The notes under the pieces were generated by a model. It worked only from the letters and a program-made list of their open reading frames with translations. It did not search any database and was not told the DNA's origin. The position numbers and the translations under genes were made by a program. A stretch of DNA of 64,000 nt from Octopus vulgaris (lineage: Eukaryota): the NCBI GenBank assembly GCA_951406725.2, contig OX597817.1:21452001-21516000 (forward strand), given 5' to 3'. Shown here piece by piece: positions 1-15,010 of the stretch. Every line of letters begins with the position of its first letter. Position 1 is the stretch's first letter.

Positions 1-35
1 AGGTATTTATGTATTTGCATATCTTTAAGTAAACA

Positions 36-300
36 TTTATATGTATATGTATACATATGTATATATATATTTATGTTTATATATAAATATGTATGTATAT
101 ATTTACGTATACATATATACATACATATATATATGTGTATATATATATATATATATATTTATAATCATATATATATATTTAGATATAGATATGTGTACGT
201 TTGTATGTGTATGTATTTATATATGTGTGAGTGTAAGTTTGTGTTTGTGTGTATACACGCACACATACATATGTATGCGTATATTTATAAAAAAAATACA
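36..300. repeat. Compound (TA)n/(TG)n microsatellite
   Basis: Direct reading. Confidence 0.9.
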
Positions 301-894
301 GTGAGATAGTGAAACATATATAAAGCAATAAATTTTCGTTGAAAGAAAAAAAAGAATACAAAATTATTTCACCAGAAAGTGGAAGATTAGGTACACGTAA
401 ATAAATTACTGAGTTTATAAGCAATTACCGACTTCTTCCCTTATTCATCCTGTACGCTTCACCTTTGTGCTAGAGAAGCTAATACCTTAGATAGCATTTG
501 CAGTATCGTATATGAGAAAAATTCAAACATTCTCATCAACTTGCAGTTCCTATCAAATTGAAATTCTATGTTACGTAATGTAATTTTATTGCAAATAATT
601 GTGTTTGTTTATTATTATTCCTATCACTAAATCATTATCTAAAATTTTCCAAATTGAAAATTATGTTTGTTTTCATAATTTTTTTATTATTATTTCACCT
701 TTCATGTGACGTGTGTGTGTGTGTATGTTTGGGTGTATTTTTTGTTTGTGTGTGTGTGTGTGTGCGCGCGTGTGTATGTGTTTGTTTGGTGTGCGTGAGT
801 ATCTTTAGAAAGTAAAAATTTCGATTAGGCGAAGGATGAGGAATTCAGTGGTACTGCTGTTGCAGCTACTGCATCTGTTCTTCTTCTTATTATT

Positions 895-1130
895 CAGTAA
901 TAATAATAATGATAAGGAGAAGAAGAAAAAGAAGAAGAAAAAGAAGAAAATGAAAGAGAAGAAGAAGAAAATGAAGGAGAAGAAGAAGAATAAAATGAAG
1001 AAAAAGAAGAAATTTGATAACACCGAGAAAAATATTAATGATGATGATCAAGATGAGGTTGAGGGTGATGAAGATGATCTTGATGAAGTTTATTGTGATG
1101 TTGAAGATGATGGAGATAATACAAAATAGT
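895..1130. repeat. Degenerate (AAT)/(AAG)/(GAT) trinucleotide low-complexity tract
   Basis: Direct reading; gives the poly-K/D/E ORF 836-1129. Confidence 0.85.
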
Positions 1131-1499
1131 GTTGGTGATAAGCATGAGAGTTATCAAAATTATTGCTATCTTGGGCAGATATATGATTAAAAATTTTAAG
1201 GAGGGAAAAGAAAATATTATATACATATGATAATATATGATTTACCGAATAAGCTGTTTTATATTCGGCAGTGGTGTCTGAGGGTTCTGCTTAAAATTAT
1301 ATATACCTAATGTATTTTTAAGAAAGCCTTCGTGCTGAGAAAGTGTAGATGATGGAACAACTAAAAGAATATGACTAGAAAAAAAAATAATTCAGTGTGC
1401 GTTCCTTTTTTGAGGTCATTTGTATGAATTTAGGGCAAAAGACATAGCTCATCGAACGGTACATATACTTTTGAGAACTTTTTATCACAACTATTTAAT

Positions 1500-3502
1500 G
1501 AATCAAACGTCAGCATGAATGATTGTTTCAATATGAGTCGGAAGCATTGACTTGTTCAGGCTGGAGGTCATTCAGTATTCAAAAGTACAGAGCTCACATT
1601 AATGTAGAAACTTGTTCATTCGTGAAAGGAATTAAATATATCTTCCAGCTCACGATGAAATTACTAATTACCTTGCTTGCCAATATATTTCTCTTCCAGA
1701 AGCTATGTGGAGACTGTGAAATTTCAAGCTACATGACACATCTCACACTGTCTACAGACTTGCAACACATCTTGAAGACCAGCAATGAGTTTACTTTCAC
1801 AGAGGCAACGCTCAGCAAGCTGCTCAGGCACAGAGGGACCGTGATACTACCCTCATTGTTTGGTTCAAAATGTGCGAGAGTGATTAATGATGCAAGGAAC
1901 CACTTGTAGCCTGGTACCCCACTGCATTATGCACTTAATGAGTGCACTAGAACATGGACACCAAAGGGGAGGAATACTAATATCATCAGTGGAATGTATA
2001 CAGTGAGCCATAGAGACACAGAAAAATTTCACTTGCGAATGTTGCTGCTACATGTTTCAGGTGCCGTGAGCTACCAAGATCTGCGCACTGTAGGAGAAAA
2101 CTTGCCAACATTTAAGGCGGCTTGCTTGAGTCTTCTCTCAAACGATGATACTCTATAACATGCATTGCTAGAAGCTTCTGTCTGTCAGAAGCCCTTACAT
2201 TTGCGTGTTATATTTGCTGCTCTCTGCCTGCATAATGCTCATCACCTATGGACTACTCACAAGGAAACCATGATGGAAGATTTCTTGTACGAAGGTTTTA
2301 ATGATATAATTTCTTATCTGCGATGGAACAATCGGAATGTGTGAGGTGGAAAGACTGTCCACAGTGTGTCCAAGTTGCCTGTTCCACTCACGGAGGCCAG
2401 CGTTTGTAATGTCAGTCACTGCAGACCATGCAAATCCTTTGCGAAACCTGGATTTGATCATCTTGGATGAGGCTGCTTTGATCCCTTCCTTTACTCTTCA
2501 TGCTACTGTTAAAGCCTTGCGAGATATCACAGGCATTGCTGCTTTTTTTGGTGGTAAAGTTGTTCTCTTGTCGGGAGACTTTAAGCAAGTCTTACTCATA
2601 TTACCAAGAGGAAATTTCTATTAAAAATTCGCCTCTATGGCTGAATTTCATCCAATACAGAGTAAGCCAAAACATCAGGACAGCAGCAGATGAAAGGGAA
2701 TTTGCTGCATGACTCTTGCTTCTTGGCAATAGAATATATGCAGCTCCACAAGATCCTGATCTTGCTGTTGATGACCTAGAAATGCATCTGGTGGATGCTA
2801 TCTTCAACAATACATCTGAGGAAAAGAGAAGCAGAATAATTCGTTCGCCAAAGAACTCAGACTGTCTCCTGATGAATGAAGAAGTTTTGATACAAGTTCC
2901 AGGTGACTGCTACACCTACTATAGTACGGATAATTTTTTACATATGATCCTGCTGAGGCTGAGCGCTATCCACGTGAATGAGTTTAAAACCCGGCTTAAT
3001 AGTTAAACTTCTTCGTAACATTTCTATCCAGAATGGACTCTGCAATGGTACAAGTCTGCTAGTGGTGGCCAGGCATCAATATTCGGTCGAGGCTTCCGTA
3101 ATTAATGGCTCACTAATTGGCAGACGTGTCCTCAACCCCAGAATAAATCTGACTCCAAGCAACCCTAACTCACCATTCAGTTAGGAGATAACCCAGTTTC
3201 CTGTCCGCCTGTCATATGCCATGACTTTTAACAAGTCACAGGGGCAGACAATTGAGAAGATGGGATTGTTCTTACCACAGCCAGTGTTCAGTCACGGATA
3301 TTTGTGAGGCATACTCTAAAAGTCGCAAACTCTCAGATGTAAGGGTTAAGATGATGGAGACAGACAGACAAGGAAGGAGAAGGGGGCGAAGTGTTACTAA
3401 GAACATTGCCTGCAGAAAGCTACTGACTTGAAAGGGTGGAGTGTTTTCAGAAATTCTGGAGACCTTTGATTGCATTAGGTATGTGTCATTGGTTTATATG
3501 TA

Positions 3503-3559
<57 letters not shown>

Positions 3560-4004
3560 CGAATATCTTTCAAAAGTGGAAACTATTTATATATGGCATG
3601 TATTATATAGTTTTGTGCATATATAAGTTTAGTGTTTTCTGTATTCATATTGGAGGGAACTGGCATGGCTCTATGGTGGGAATGGGGAGTACCACGGACT
3701 GGTTGGCATTGGCAGTCTTTGTACACATAGTGAACAGTTTCAAATATCTCGATGTGTTGTTTATTTTTACAGCATATGAGTATTGCATGTTAAAAAAGTA
3801 TAGAATTAATAGCTAAACTTTACTTATTTGAAAATAGAACTGCACAAATATACGCAATTTTAGTATTTGCAGCCTAAGTATCCTGTTCTCTTATATATGA
3901 TATGTAGAGATTTTAATTACTCCTGTCTTCAATGCGTTAATTTTATACATACATATACGTAATGAAAGCTTATTATTTACTCAACATTCCACGGGTCCCG
4001 CTTG
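1500..4004 (+). mobile_element. Helitron remnant, putative 3' end at about 4004; 5' boundary uncertain
   Basis: Contains the RepHel pseudogene. ccacgggtcccgCTTG|t at 3989-4005 resembles a Helitron GC-rich subterminal motif plus a CTAG/CTRR end with one mismatch. Confidence 0.6.
1540..3430 (+). pseudogene. Decayed Helitron Rep/Helicase (HUH Rep plus PIF1-family helicase) gene with stops, frameshifts and internal deletions
   Basis: Collinear motifs across frames: KYRAHINVETCSFVKGIKYIF (Rep C-terminal part), MYTVSHRDTEKFHLRMLLLHVSGAVSYQDLRTV, GGKTVHSVSKLP, DLIILDEA (Walker B), [66 protein letters not shown]. Walker A is not visible. Confidence 0.93.
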
Positions 4005-4006
4005 TA

Positions 4007-4037
<31 letters not shown>

Positions 4038-4387
4038 ATATATACATATATATATATATATCCCTCTTGTTCTGGTCTAACGTCTGTCTACGTTTCCTTC
4101 TATGTCACAACTCTCATATTGCCGTTCACAAATTTGACACTCCATAGAACCTACATTTTACGTTAGAATATATGGCAGCAACTGTCATTGAACATTCATA
4201 TCGTCGTTGAATTTTCGAAGTGGGAAACATCCGTTATCTGATGAAGGGTTCTTTTTATGTGCTTACTTGTCCTGTTCTCCATATGTATCACGTTGTTTAC
4301 GTATTTCATGTTATTTGCACCGTTGGTGTCGTCCTGTACCCATATATATATGTATGTGTGTGCGTGTAAATATATATATATATATAT

Positions 4388-4590
4388 AAAGTTAATCCAA
4401 ACAAGAAAGCACAAAAAAACACAACAACGCGAGGACGTGCAACAAATATAGTATTATTGGACGCTCAGGAAATAAGGAGGGTTTAACGTTTCGAGCCGAG
4501 CTCTTCGTCTGAAGCATAGGAGAAGGAAAGATCCAGAGAAGGGAAGACATAGGGAAAAAATCGCCAACGGTACACACACGGTCACATTTT
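4388..4590 (-). mobile_element. Penelope-like pLTR fragment (family HH-B) with a degenerate minimal hammerhead
   Basis: Minus strand of 4481-4515 reads gctt-CAGACGA-A-GAGC-tcg-GCTC-GAAA-CG-TT-aaac. Homologous to the split copy at 42475-43041. Confidence 0.65.
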
Positions 4591-4805
4591 GAATGACCGG
4601 AAGGAAATGGGTGAAGAAAAGTTCTTTCAAAGACAGGAGAGTGCAAACGTGGTATGTGTGCGTGTGTACTTGTACGTGCGTATGTGTGTATACATGTATC
4701 TATAATTGTGTGCGTGTATGTATAATTGTGTGTTGTGTGCATGGGATGTATGTGTGGGTTCATTTGTGTGTGTACGTGTATGTATGTGTGTGCGTGCGTG
4801 TCGTA

Positions 4806-4893
<88 letters not shown>

Positions 4894-5639
4894 ACACACA
4901 CATACATATATATATATGAAGATATAGATATATAGTTATAGATATATTGTATTTTTCCATTCTCGTCGAACATGAAATTTCAATGGTATATTTACGTACT
5001 TTTGTAAATTAGTTTAGCAAAATTTTACATAGGTGATGAGTGTGTATGTGCGTGTATGTGTATTAGACAATGTTACTCGTTCATATGCATTCTGTGTTTT
5101 GACAAATACTTTGCCTATGGAGATATTACGTAAAAATTACTATGATCTGGCTATATAATCAGCGGTATGCATTAGCAGACGAGCAGTAAATATACATGTA
5201 ATTGAATATGGAATGATAATTTGCACTTAGTAATTCGTCTAGTATCGACAGCATCCTTATTAATTAACAATTAACATCTCCCTTATAAATATTCTATAGA
5301 AACTTTTGCATAATGCATACCAACCTCCTGCATTTTATTAGTTTCGGATATATGTAAATATATTTGTATGTGAATGTGCGTATATACACTTATATATATG
5401 TGTGTGTATACACGTATACATATTCATGTGATTGTGTGTTTGTGTACTCAGGAATAGATTTGTCTCTAACCACCCCAACATACAATCTCTAATATATCAT
5501 TTCCCTTAATTAATTATTACTTTCATCTTTAGTTTCCCCCCCTCCATCTACCTTTGTACCGTTCTATGTATGTACGCGTGTGTATTCTGATACGTGTGCT
5601 CGTGTAAGCGTGTCCTCGCCGACACACAAACACGCAATT

Positions 5640-5847
<208 letters not shown>

Positions 5848-6283
5848 AGATAATGTATATGCACTTGCACAGATATATGTATATTTATATGCCTTTCCGT
5901 TGGATATGTGTTTGGCGATGTGAAAATGACATGCACTATTTGAGTAATAGTTTCTTTATGTCAATAAATTGTCCGCTGTGGCAGCAACTTCAAAGAGAAC
6001 CCACGTAAGGTGTATAATTTTGCATGTATGAAAACAGTAAAATGCATGAAAGCAGCCACTGGAGATGATTTTAGCACACACACACAGACACACACATACA
6101 CACACACAGGTGCGACTAGGGGTGCGCAAATACATATTTAAATTAGTTTGCATGTGCGTGTCTTGTAGAGTCATCATTAACAAACCTTTCATCTATGTTG
6201 ATGCCCTTCTACATGCAAAAATGTTATGTAAATATCTATAATGTTGTAAACTGAAGGAGCATCACTCAAATCATATACATATT

Positions 6284-6339
<56 letters not shown>

Positions 6340-6410
6340 TACATATATATGTCTATGTGTGTGTGTGTGTGCTTGTATGTGTGTGTGTGAATACACACTT
6401 ACACAAAGAG

Positions 6411-6625
6411 TTTTAGTCGAAGAAATCTTCCCTGGGAATTAGTCTTTGTAAACCGAGCAGTTACTCTATTGGTGTCACATACCAAAGCCGTAAGTTATGT
6501 GTACATAAACATACCGGCATCGATTGTCAAGCGATTACGATGTAGGGGGAAACACAGATACACACATAAGTACATACATCTCTCTCTCTCTCGCTCCTCT
6601 CTCTCTCTCGCTCATCTCTCTCTCC

Positions 6626-6656
<31 letters not shown>

Positions 6657-6779
6657 CAGAGAGAGAGAGAGAGGCAGGCAGACAGACAGACAGACACCCA
6701 TAACGGGTATCTTTCAGTTTCCGTCTACCAAATCTACTCATAAGGCTTTGGCCCGCCCGAGGCTATAATACAAGACACG
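6411..6779 (-). mobile_element. SINE family A, 5'-truncated and diverged
   Basis: ctttcagtttccgtctaccaaatctactcataaggctttgg matches the reverse complement of the full copies at 24411, 53472 and 60808. Confidence 0.85.
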
Positions 6780-7846
6780 TACATACATACATACATACAT
6801 ATATACCTAAAAACACCAGGTTTTGCGGAGAAAGAGTGAAAACTGACGCTTATTTTCCAAACCTTGCCTATTGTAGAGTAATGATTCGTAGCACATTCCA
6901 TCTGAGATTCTTTAGATGAATAGATGCACACATACCAACGTGTGTATTCTTATTCTCGTATTTCTAATCACCTTTGGATATTCTTTTTGTTATTTATATA
7001 TATATATACCACACCAGATTCAGCAGATCTATGTTATAACGTACCCCAACTTGATCTTGTTTCAACAGTAAAGCGTAAGTTTGGCACATACTGTATGGTG
7101 TCACAAAGTAATATATATACATAATATACCATAACTACTGAAACATATAGCATAGAAATATCTTGTACAGACCGTGTAAAATATACGGGAAAAAAGACAG
7201 GAATTGAATGAGATCACAATACGTTTTTATACACAATAATTGTTTATATAGCCAATCCGCATTAAAGTGGATCAGTTACTTCAAAGGTTACTTGTTTCTC
7301 TTATCTCAGAGAAGAGAAAAGAGAAATTTATGACTGTTGGGTATGGAAGCACTGTGCATACATATCAAGTACTACATTTTGACTGCTGTTGTAACATCTT
7401 TGCAAATTCACAGCCCATTTCGTACGGATACATAGTGCTATTACCAAGAATTTTATGGAATTTATATGTGTATAAGTACGTAATTACATGCATTTATAAA
7501 ATTCATCTCGTGTTTCTATTGAAAATGTAATATTAGTAAGTAAAATGTTTAAGATTTAAACTTAGACTATTTTTTTCCGAAGGTGATTATCTGAAAACTT
7601 TTCTGAAAGCGAAAACGATTTTAAAAACACCTTTGATTCAGTCAATGAATATTTCTAGATTTCTTTACTTCCTATTAAGAACAAAATTTTGCGCTCCCAC
7701 GCACTCTTTCTCGGACACATGCACACATACACACGTCTATATGAATATATGTATGTGTATATAAATCTGTATTTCCATCCCTATCTCTCAATATATGTAT
7801 TTATATTACTGACTAGCTGTTTTTTATATCTCTGCCTTTCCTTATG

Positions 7847-7881
<35 letters not shown>

Positions 7882-7889
<8 letters not shown>

Positions 7890-8185
7890 ATCACGTGACC
7901 GACCAGACCATCAGATGCTGTTACACATCGCTGGTCACAATGCGTTCGCATTGTTTTAGCCTTCAAATGACGCCACCCCGCTGGCTAAGCGAGCAGGCCA
8001 ACAGAAGAAAGAGTGAGAGAAAGAGTGGTGGAAGAGTACAGCAGGGATCACCCCCCCCCCTGCCGGAACACGTGGAGCTTTTAGGTGTTTTTGCTCAATA
8101 AACACTCACAAGGCCCGGTCTGGGAATCGAAACCGCGATCCTACGACCGCGAGTCCGCTGCCTTAATCACTGGGCCATTGCGCAT

Positions 8186-8187
<2 letters not shown>
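7882..8187 (-). mobile_element. tRNA-derived SINE family C, tail type 1
   Basis: Minus strand has A box tggcccagtga and B box ggtttcgattccc. Homologous to 48990-49222 and to the 5' part of 55173-55560. Flanked by (TA)n and (CA)n. Confidence 0.88.
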
Positions 8188-8251
<64 letters not shown>

Positions 8252-10831
8252 GTATGTATCTATGTATATGCATACACATACGCATACACGCGTAGATACT
8301 CAAATAAACTATGTTCATGTGCATACGGACATTTACAGAAAGTGAACGGGGAAAATAATCTATTCATTTGGGCATCTGTCTATGAAGGCAGGGCGTAGCC
8401 AATCTAGTTTCCTTTTAGTTGCTATTTAAAAAAAGCATATGAGTATTCAAGTATTATCATTGTTATTATTAAAATCGAAAGAAATATTTACTATTTTCAT
8501 TCATAGTATTTTTTAACCTATAGCGGCATTAGTGTGATGCTGCTAGTTTTGTTGGCGTTCTTGGCGTTGGTGGTGGCGTTACTTGCTACGGTTGTATCGG
8601 TATTTTCATTAGAGTTTCGAAATCATTAACAGTCACATATCATACGCACGTTGCAGATTCATTTTAATACATCTCATTTCTACACGAACTGTTCGGCTTC
8701 GTGTATTGAGGCTTTTGTAACGAAAAGGTCAGTAGTCAACAACAAAAAAACACAAATTATTTTCAAAATCTTAAACTAATCATTATGAAAGAAAAAAAAA
8801 AGTAATGAATTAAGCTAAAAAATACGTATAGTAAAATAAAATAAATATAATGACCACACATGAAGTATTCAGAATTGTAAAAGTTGAACTTTCGTTCCGG
8901 CAAACATATTGGCATATCACGTTGCCAAAGTTAAGTCTGAATACATCTCACCTTCATAACGTAGCTGGAATTCCAACATACAATATCGGAAAACCTTTCT
9001 TAAACATTGTATTAATTTTCTTGTCTTTTGCCACGAGGTGTCTGTCTACTGCTTTGCATAGTTTTTAGTTTTTGGCAGTTCAAATGCTGATTCTTAACAA
9101 TATTTCTTTCAACGTTCTTTTGCTATTAAACTGTGATATTTATCCTTTCAGTTGCAACGCATTTTTTTCTGAAAATTTAAACAGCTATTTCTATTATTGC
9201 CTGAGGTGACATTTGATGTACAGTACATTTCAATTAGCTATATATATTAGCTTTAAATACCAGTGATTTAAGGAAAGGCATGAATGCCTTGACATCTAAA
9301 ATCGTTATTTGTATTTATAAGTCATTGTTTTCCTGAAATTGCAGTGGTTTTCGATTTGCAAATAACTTTACAGTGAAGAGTATTAACAGAACATTATCGA
9401 CTCAGAATCGAATAGTCTTCCCTAATGCCCTAGGGACACATTTAAAAAAAATAGAGGTACTTTCTTTCTGAATTTTGTGAAATGTGTTGAAGTTGTGTAG
9501 CAAATATATTCATGCTTATAAACTTGGGATTTGAAAAAGTGGCTGAGCTGTCAAAACCTTTATTATTATCATTGTAGCCTTCTGGGGTTATTATGAAATT
9601 TAACTGGATGGGACACATTTACAATTCTATTTACATTACGCGGTTCATTACTTAAAATTCATGACAGTAATGAATCTCTAGTGTAAAGTTATCCCTTTCC
9701 TCCTTTCTAGAATTTGCAATACGATGTACTGTTTTAAATTAGTGGTTTCTATTCAATCTTTAGTGAAACGAGAATGTATTGGTTTTCAGTCTCACGCAAT
9801 ACTCTAAAATTCTGTTAATAACCATTTGTGCAAATTATTACAATATAGCTTTTGAAGAAATGGCCCATAGATTTGAGTCTCTTTTACGTATTATGATATT
9901 AAATATGACTTCGATTCCAAGCGATTTGTCATTTAATTAAATCAATTAATATATCATTAATCAAGAAAACCAATCACCACCTAAACATTCAAAAGCATGT
10001 AAAAAATCAAACACCGTCTTTAATCAACAATCAACTTATTTAATCAATGACATTCAAATAACTAATTACTCGATCATTCTATCATTCAATGGAAACCAAC
10101 ACATTAATTAATCAATCAAAATTTCGTTAAACTTATCAAAGAAAATCAATATCCAATCGAGATTTAAAAACAAAAGATATTTACCAGAATAAACACCCAA
10201 TAAACATGCAATCTTTCCTATCTGTTTAAGCCTTCATTTACAATTACTCGTAAAATGGTTATATTCATAAAGCCATTAATGCTAGTTAAAGATATTTACA
10301 ATGACTATAATTCTAATAATAATTATTTAATAATATATTTTTTCATCGTACGATTTCATTGTTTATTTTATTTTTGCTTTAGCTCTTATTTTAATTCCAT
10401 TCTTACGTACCATTCATTAAAATTTTTTGTTGTATTTTCTTTTGTCTTGCCATTGTCATGATCTTGGAGACTTAGCAATTATTGCTTGGATCGATTCCCA
10501 GTAAATTTGACAGTTTTCCAAGCAAAAGCAATCACAGATGTCAATGTAAAAGGGAGACTTTGCGTGACTTGATTTGTAATTGGCTTTACTTCAGATGATG
10601 GCAAGCATTTAGACGAGACATATCGAATAACACTTGACAAAAAACAGCTATACTACTAAAATAAATAATTCGCGTGTTAAAAATGATTATAAAGACATGT
10701 ATATACGTAAACACAATCATACACATACACTTACCACAGACATATATGTATATACATGTATGTATACATGCATACATACATAAACATACATATATATATA
10801 TACATACAATCATACATACATATATATACAT

Positions 10832-10899
<68 letters not shown>

Positions 10900-11616
10900 T
10901 TAAATTCATACAAAATTGCAAGACACAGTCATACGGGATAATTTGAATCTTTAAAACGAAAATTGAAAGAGTGAACGTCACTGTCAAAGTAATCTTTGCA
11001 TGTACACTTATAAACTTATATATTTATCTATGTAAATATATTTGTCTTTAACGTATACATTCACATACGTTAATATCCCTCACGACAATATAATATAATT
11101 CCTCCAAATATACTCAAAAATAAACATTAGATCGAAGTACTTATCTCGATTATCTTGATGTCCTCATCATACAAGCAAAAGTTTTCTAATGAAAATATAT
11201 AATTCATGGAATCAACTCTTTATCGCCGATATACTCAGAAGCACGCGGAAAATAATGTTGCGGTTGGCGGTGACGTTTATAGTAAGAGAGTGTAGAGAAT
11301 TTGCAGACGTTTGTATGTTGAAGTGAAACGGTATTGCGATGCATTTGAAAAGCAAAAACATTTCGATACGAAACAGATATGCTAGTTGCAGAAGTTACCA
11401 GCTTTAACACCCAAACTCCCCCTCTCTCTCTATCTCTCTCTCTGTTTCCCTCTCGAGAGAGCTCTTTATATTATAATCATCTATTGTTATTATTATTGAT
11501 ATTATTATTACTATCGTCATCATCATTATCAACATCATCATCATCATCATCATCATCATCAACGTCCCCTCCTCCTCCTGTTCCTCCTCCTCTTCATCAT
11601 CCATTATCATCACCAA

Positions 11617-11800
11617 GGCGGTGATCTGACAGAATTATTAACAGCATCTAATCCTACAGTACGTTTTCAGTTCAAAATTCGCCAAGGCTGACAGTCCTTT
11701 TCAATGTCCCTCCGTTTAAACACTGAGTTCGATATATTCGATTAAGCCTCTGCCACAAAATTCCAGGTCTCGTGCCTATAGTAGGAAATATAATTATTAT
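11617..11800 (+). mobile_element. Old SINE family B copy
   Basis: ggcggtgatctgacagaat...gttcaaaattcgccaagg matches the 19601 copy loosely. Confidence 0.55.
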
Positions 11801-13197
11801 ACTGTTTATTTTTGCCGAGTGTTTTCTATATTATTATTCGGTCTTTGGCGAAATTATGTTTTGCTTTTATCACTTCAGGGTCAATAACTCCAAAAATATT
11901 AACACTAGAGTTAATGCAAACTCGCTGATGTTTGAGCGAGTCCGATGAGTTCATATATGTGATTATATTATTTGTCTATGGAATTGTAGTAGTTAAGATC
12001 TACATAAGTCTCAATAAATGGAACCAGAAACGAAAATTCATTTCAAAAACATTTCAAACAAGGAAAAATCTTTTAAAACTTTATTAGCTATCATTGACTT
12101 CTCTATTTTTCCTTCAAAATATATGTCGAGAATACGGGACAAATTTTACTGAGAATACCAGTGAGACTAACATGTAAATTATTATTTCTTGATTTTGTTA
12201 TAACTCTTTTCTCAATTCGAGTTCGAATAAATTGCATTGATTTGTTTCCCTACTACAAAGGCAATCAGTTGAGTGCGCATAACTTGACAATAGAACAACC
12301 ATACTTTCATTCATTTCTCAGTTATTCCTCTTTCTATAAGGAATTTTGTTTTCTAATTCATTTACTTTTGTTTGCTTCAATTAGAAATATTCTATTCTAA
12401 TTATTTCACTTCCTTACGAATATAAGTCTGTATTAAACAAGCACCTGCCATATATTTTGAAGATGTAAGATTAATCTAGGTTTATTTTCACCATAGATAA
12501 ATATGTAACGTCGGGTCAAGCCAAGACTCAGTATTGCCTTTTCAATATGGCATTTACAAAAGAAATATTGCGGCACAATATCACAATTTGCAAGGAGCGG
12601 AATAATAAAATGCATTGCGTAAAAGGGGGAAAAATTAGCGAAATTGAAATTGTGTGTTAATAAATACACTGAAAATTGTATTTAATTTTCAAGCTGAATC
12701 TCTGTTTTCAGCTATGATTCCCATTTGCAATTGTTTTCATATTTTAGCATTTTATCAGAAAATGATGCCTTTACTAAATATTTTCCTGCAGATCCAGGAG
12801 AAAAGCTTACTGTTATAAATCTATGCAATCTACTTCTAGATTTGCATTATTTGCTATATTCGTATATATAGCGTTGCTATGTAGCGGTCTTACTACATAT
12901 AAAACTTATTAGATGATACCGTGCACTAAGATTTCTATAGACTATTTATAATTTGATTTTCAAACTCGAAAGTGGATCTAGTAATAGACATTTGATGTAG
13001 TCTTCTAACTACTTAAATAATTAGTCTATAATGTATAAATTTAATTTAAAAAATCAGTTAAATATATCAAAACTCTATCACATTAATTTGATATTGATAA
13101 TTTTGATAACATTTAGAGCTAGATTATTACAAACCAGATATCTCTATACTAACAAAAATAACGCAACACTGAAAACTGCATTAAAAGTATTTAAAGA

Positions 13198-13255
<58 letters not shown>

Positions 13256-14963
13256 TGTGTGTGTGTGCATGTATATACGTATTTGTGTGTGTATATAGTC
13301 ATAATGCAGGTATGTAAATGTGTGTGCATGTATATATGTGTTTTTGATTGTATGTTTGTTTGTGTGTGTCTGTGTGTATGTATGCGAACATATATATGTA
13401 TATATGCAGTAAAATGTATTATAAAGAAGTAAAGAAAGAAATGTAATACAAATTCTAGTAGATTAACTTTAAAAAGAAAGGTAATCATATTGCCGTATCG
13501 GATGCCAATGCTTCATTAAAGGAAAAAATAGGGCCGAAAAAATGTGTACATATACACTTGTCTGTATCTCGTCAATATGAAATATAGGATGGCTACATTC
13601 TATAGGAGGAGTTATTCTTGCTAAGGTTCTAAACGTTCATCCATTACTGCAGCCCGATTACTGATCGTTTGCTGTAACCTTTTTCGTGCATAATCTCTTT
13701 AATATATTTCTACCATCATGATTTCTGTTACGTATGACGACAGAGAAATGCATATAACATTATTATTTTGAACTATAAGAGATATGTTTAAAAAAAACAT
13801 GATTGCAAGTCAACAGTTGTTAATTGCCAGATGCAGTAATAAAGCCTCGAATATATAAATGCGTAAGCCATGTTAACACTTCATTAAACAATGTAAGTTG
13901 ACAATAGTAAGGGGCGTTATCGATCGGTGGTATTTAAATTTCCCTCGTGTCTGTAAAAATGTAACAAAAATTCCCTTGGGTGTAATGCATATATGAATCG
14001 GATTGAGATCAAGGTTTGATTATTTAAAATGTTTTGACGGCCATTTTAACACAGGTGACGAACAACAAGCTCAGAACGTACCAGTAAATAGTCTTCCACG
14101 CAGACAGGGTCACAACATTTTCAAAATAATACTTTTCACTGGATTGTGTGCAACGGATTGCACTTGGAAGTTATTTTACAGTACATATTTAGAGTAGAGT
14201 CCCGGTGTTTCAGGCTCTGATATCATGCTGGCGATGAGTATTGAACTTATCAAATTGGTGTTCATTTGACCAATTATAGATGCGCAATCTTCCATGAACT
14301 GCAGAAGAGTTTAGTGGATAAATAATACTTTTATATACAGATTAATTTTAGGCAACTTCGTAGGATTGTTACATCAAAGAAAAGTTGTTTTTTTTATAAT
14401 TTAATTAAGATAAGAAGTCTTTCATTCAATTGTTGTCTACATTTTAAAAGATTCGGGAGGATTGGTGCTGAAACAAAGCTACATTTGTACACATGCATAC
14501 ACAAAGTTTCTGAAACAAATGTTTTTTTATGCAGGTCTGTGTAGGTGTGTGTTGACATTTGTGTATGTAATCATTTTCTTAGCATCAAAATTGTTACGAA
14601 AAAGGTTTTCCATTGTTCTGAACATTTTTCAAAGTAGTAAATTTGAAATTTGATTAAAATATATTCACAGTGTTGAATAATGATTTCTTCCCCAAGAACA
14701 TTATCTCCTTTAGTAATACTTCAGGTTTTTAACCGTGAATTGAAACCGACTCAGTGATTATAACGATGACCACATCTCTTGAAATAATTTGAGGAAAATC
14801 TTATCATTTCTTCAATATATTCTTTACTAATTTTAAAGGAATGGAAGAAAACTGAATGGAGGATATACATGCACACACGCGCACACGCATGCACACACAC
14901 ATGCTTAAGACACACAAATACACACACGTCAACATATCTATCTATCTTTCTATCAATATATAT

Positions 14964-15010
<47 letters not shown>

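Noticed and set aside
836-1129. Poly-K/D/E ORF resembling a nucleolar protein
   Set aside because: Pure trinucleotide low complexity with no domain or splice support
4205-4345. tctgatgaaggg motif next to the HH-B element
   Set aside because: No downstream stem II-GAAA; at most a deleted PLE fragment
8085-8187. tRNA-like sequence with A and B boxes
   Set aside because: It is a SINE head continuous with the SINE body, not a tRNA gene
12775-12830. ttttcctgcag splice-acceptor-like site
   Set aside because: No convincing exon or donor follows; such motifs are common in AT-rich DNA
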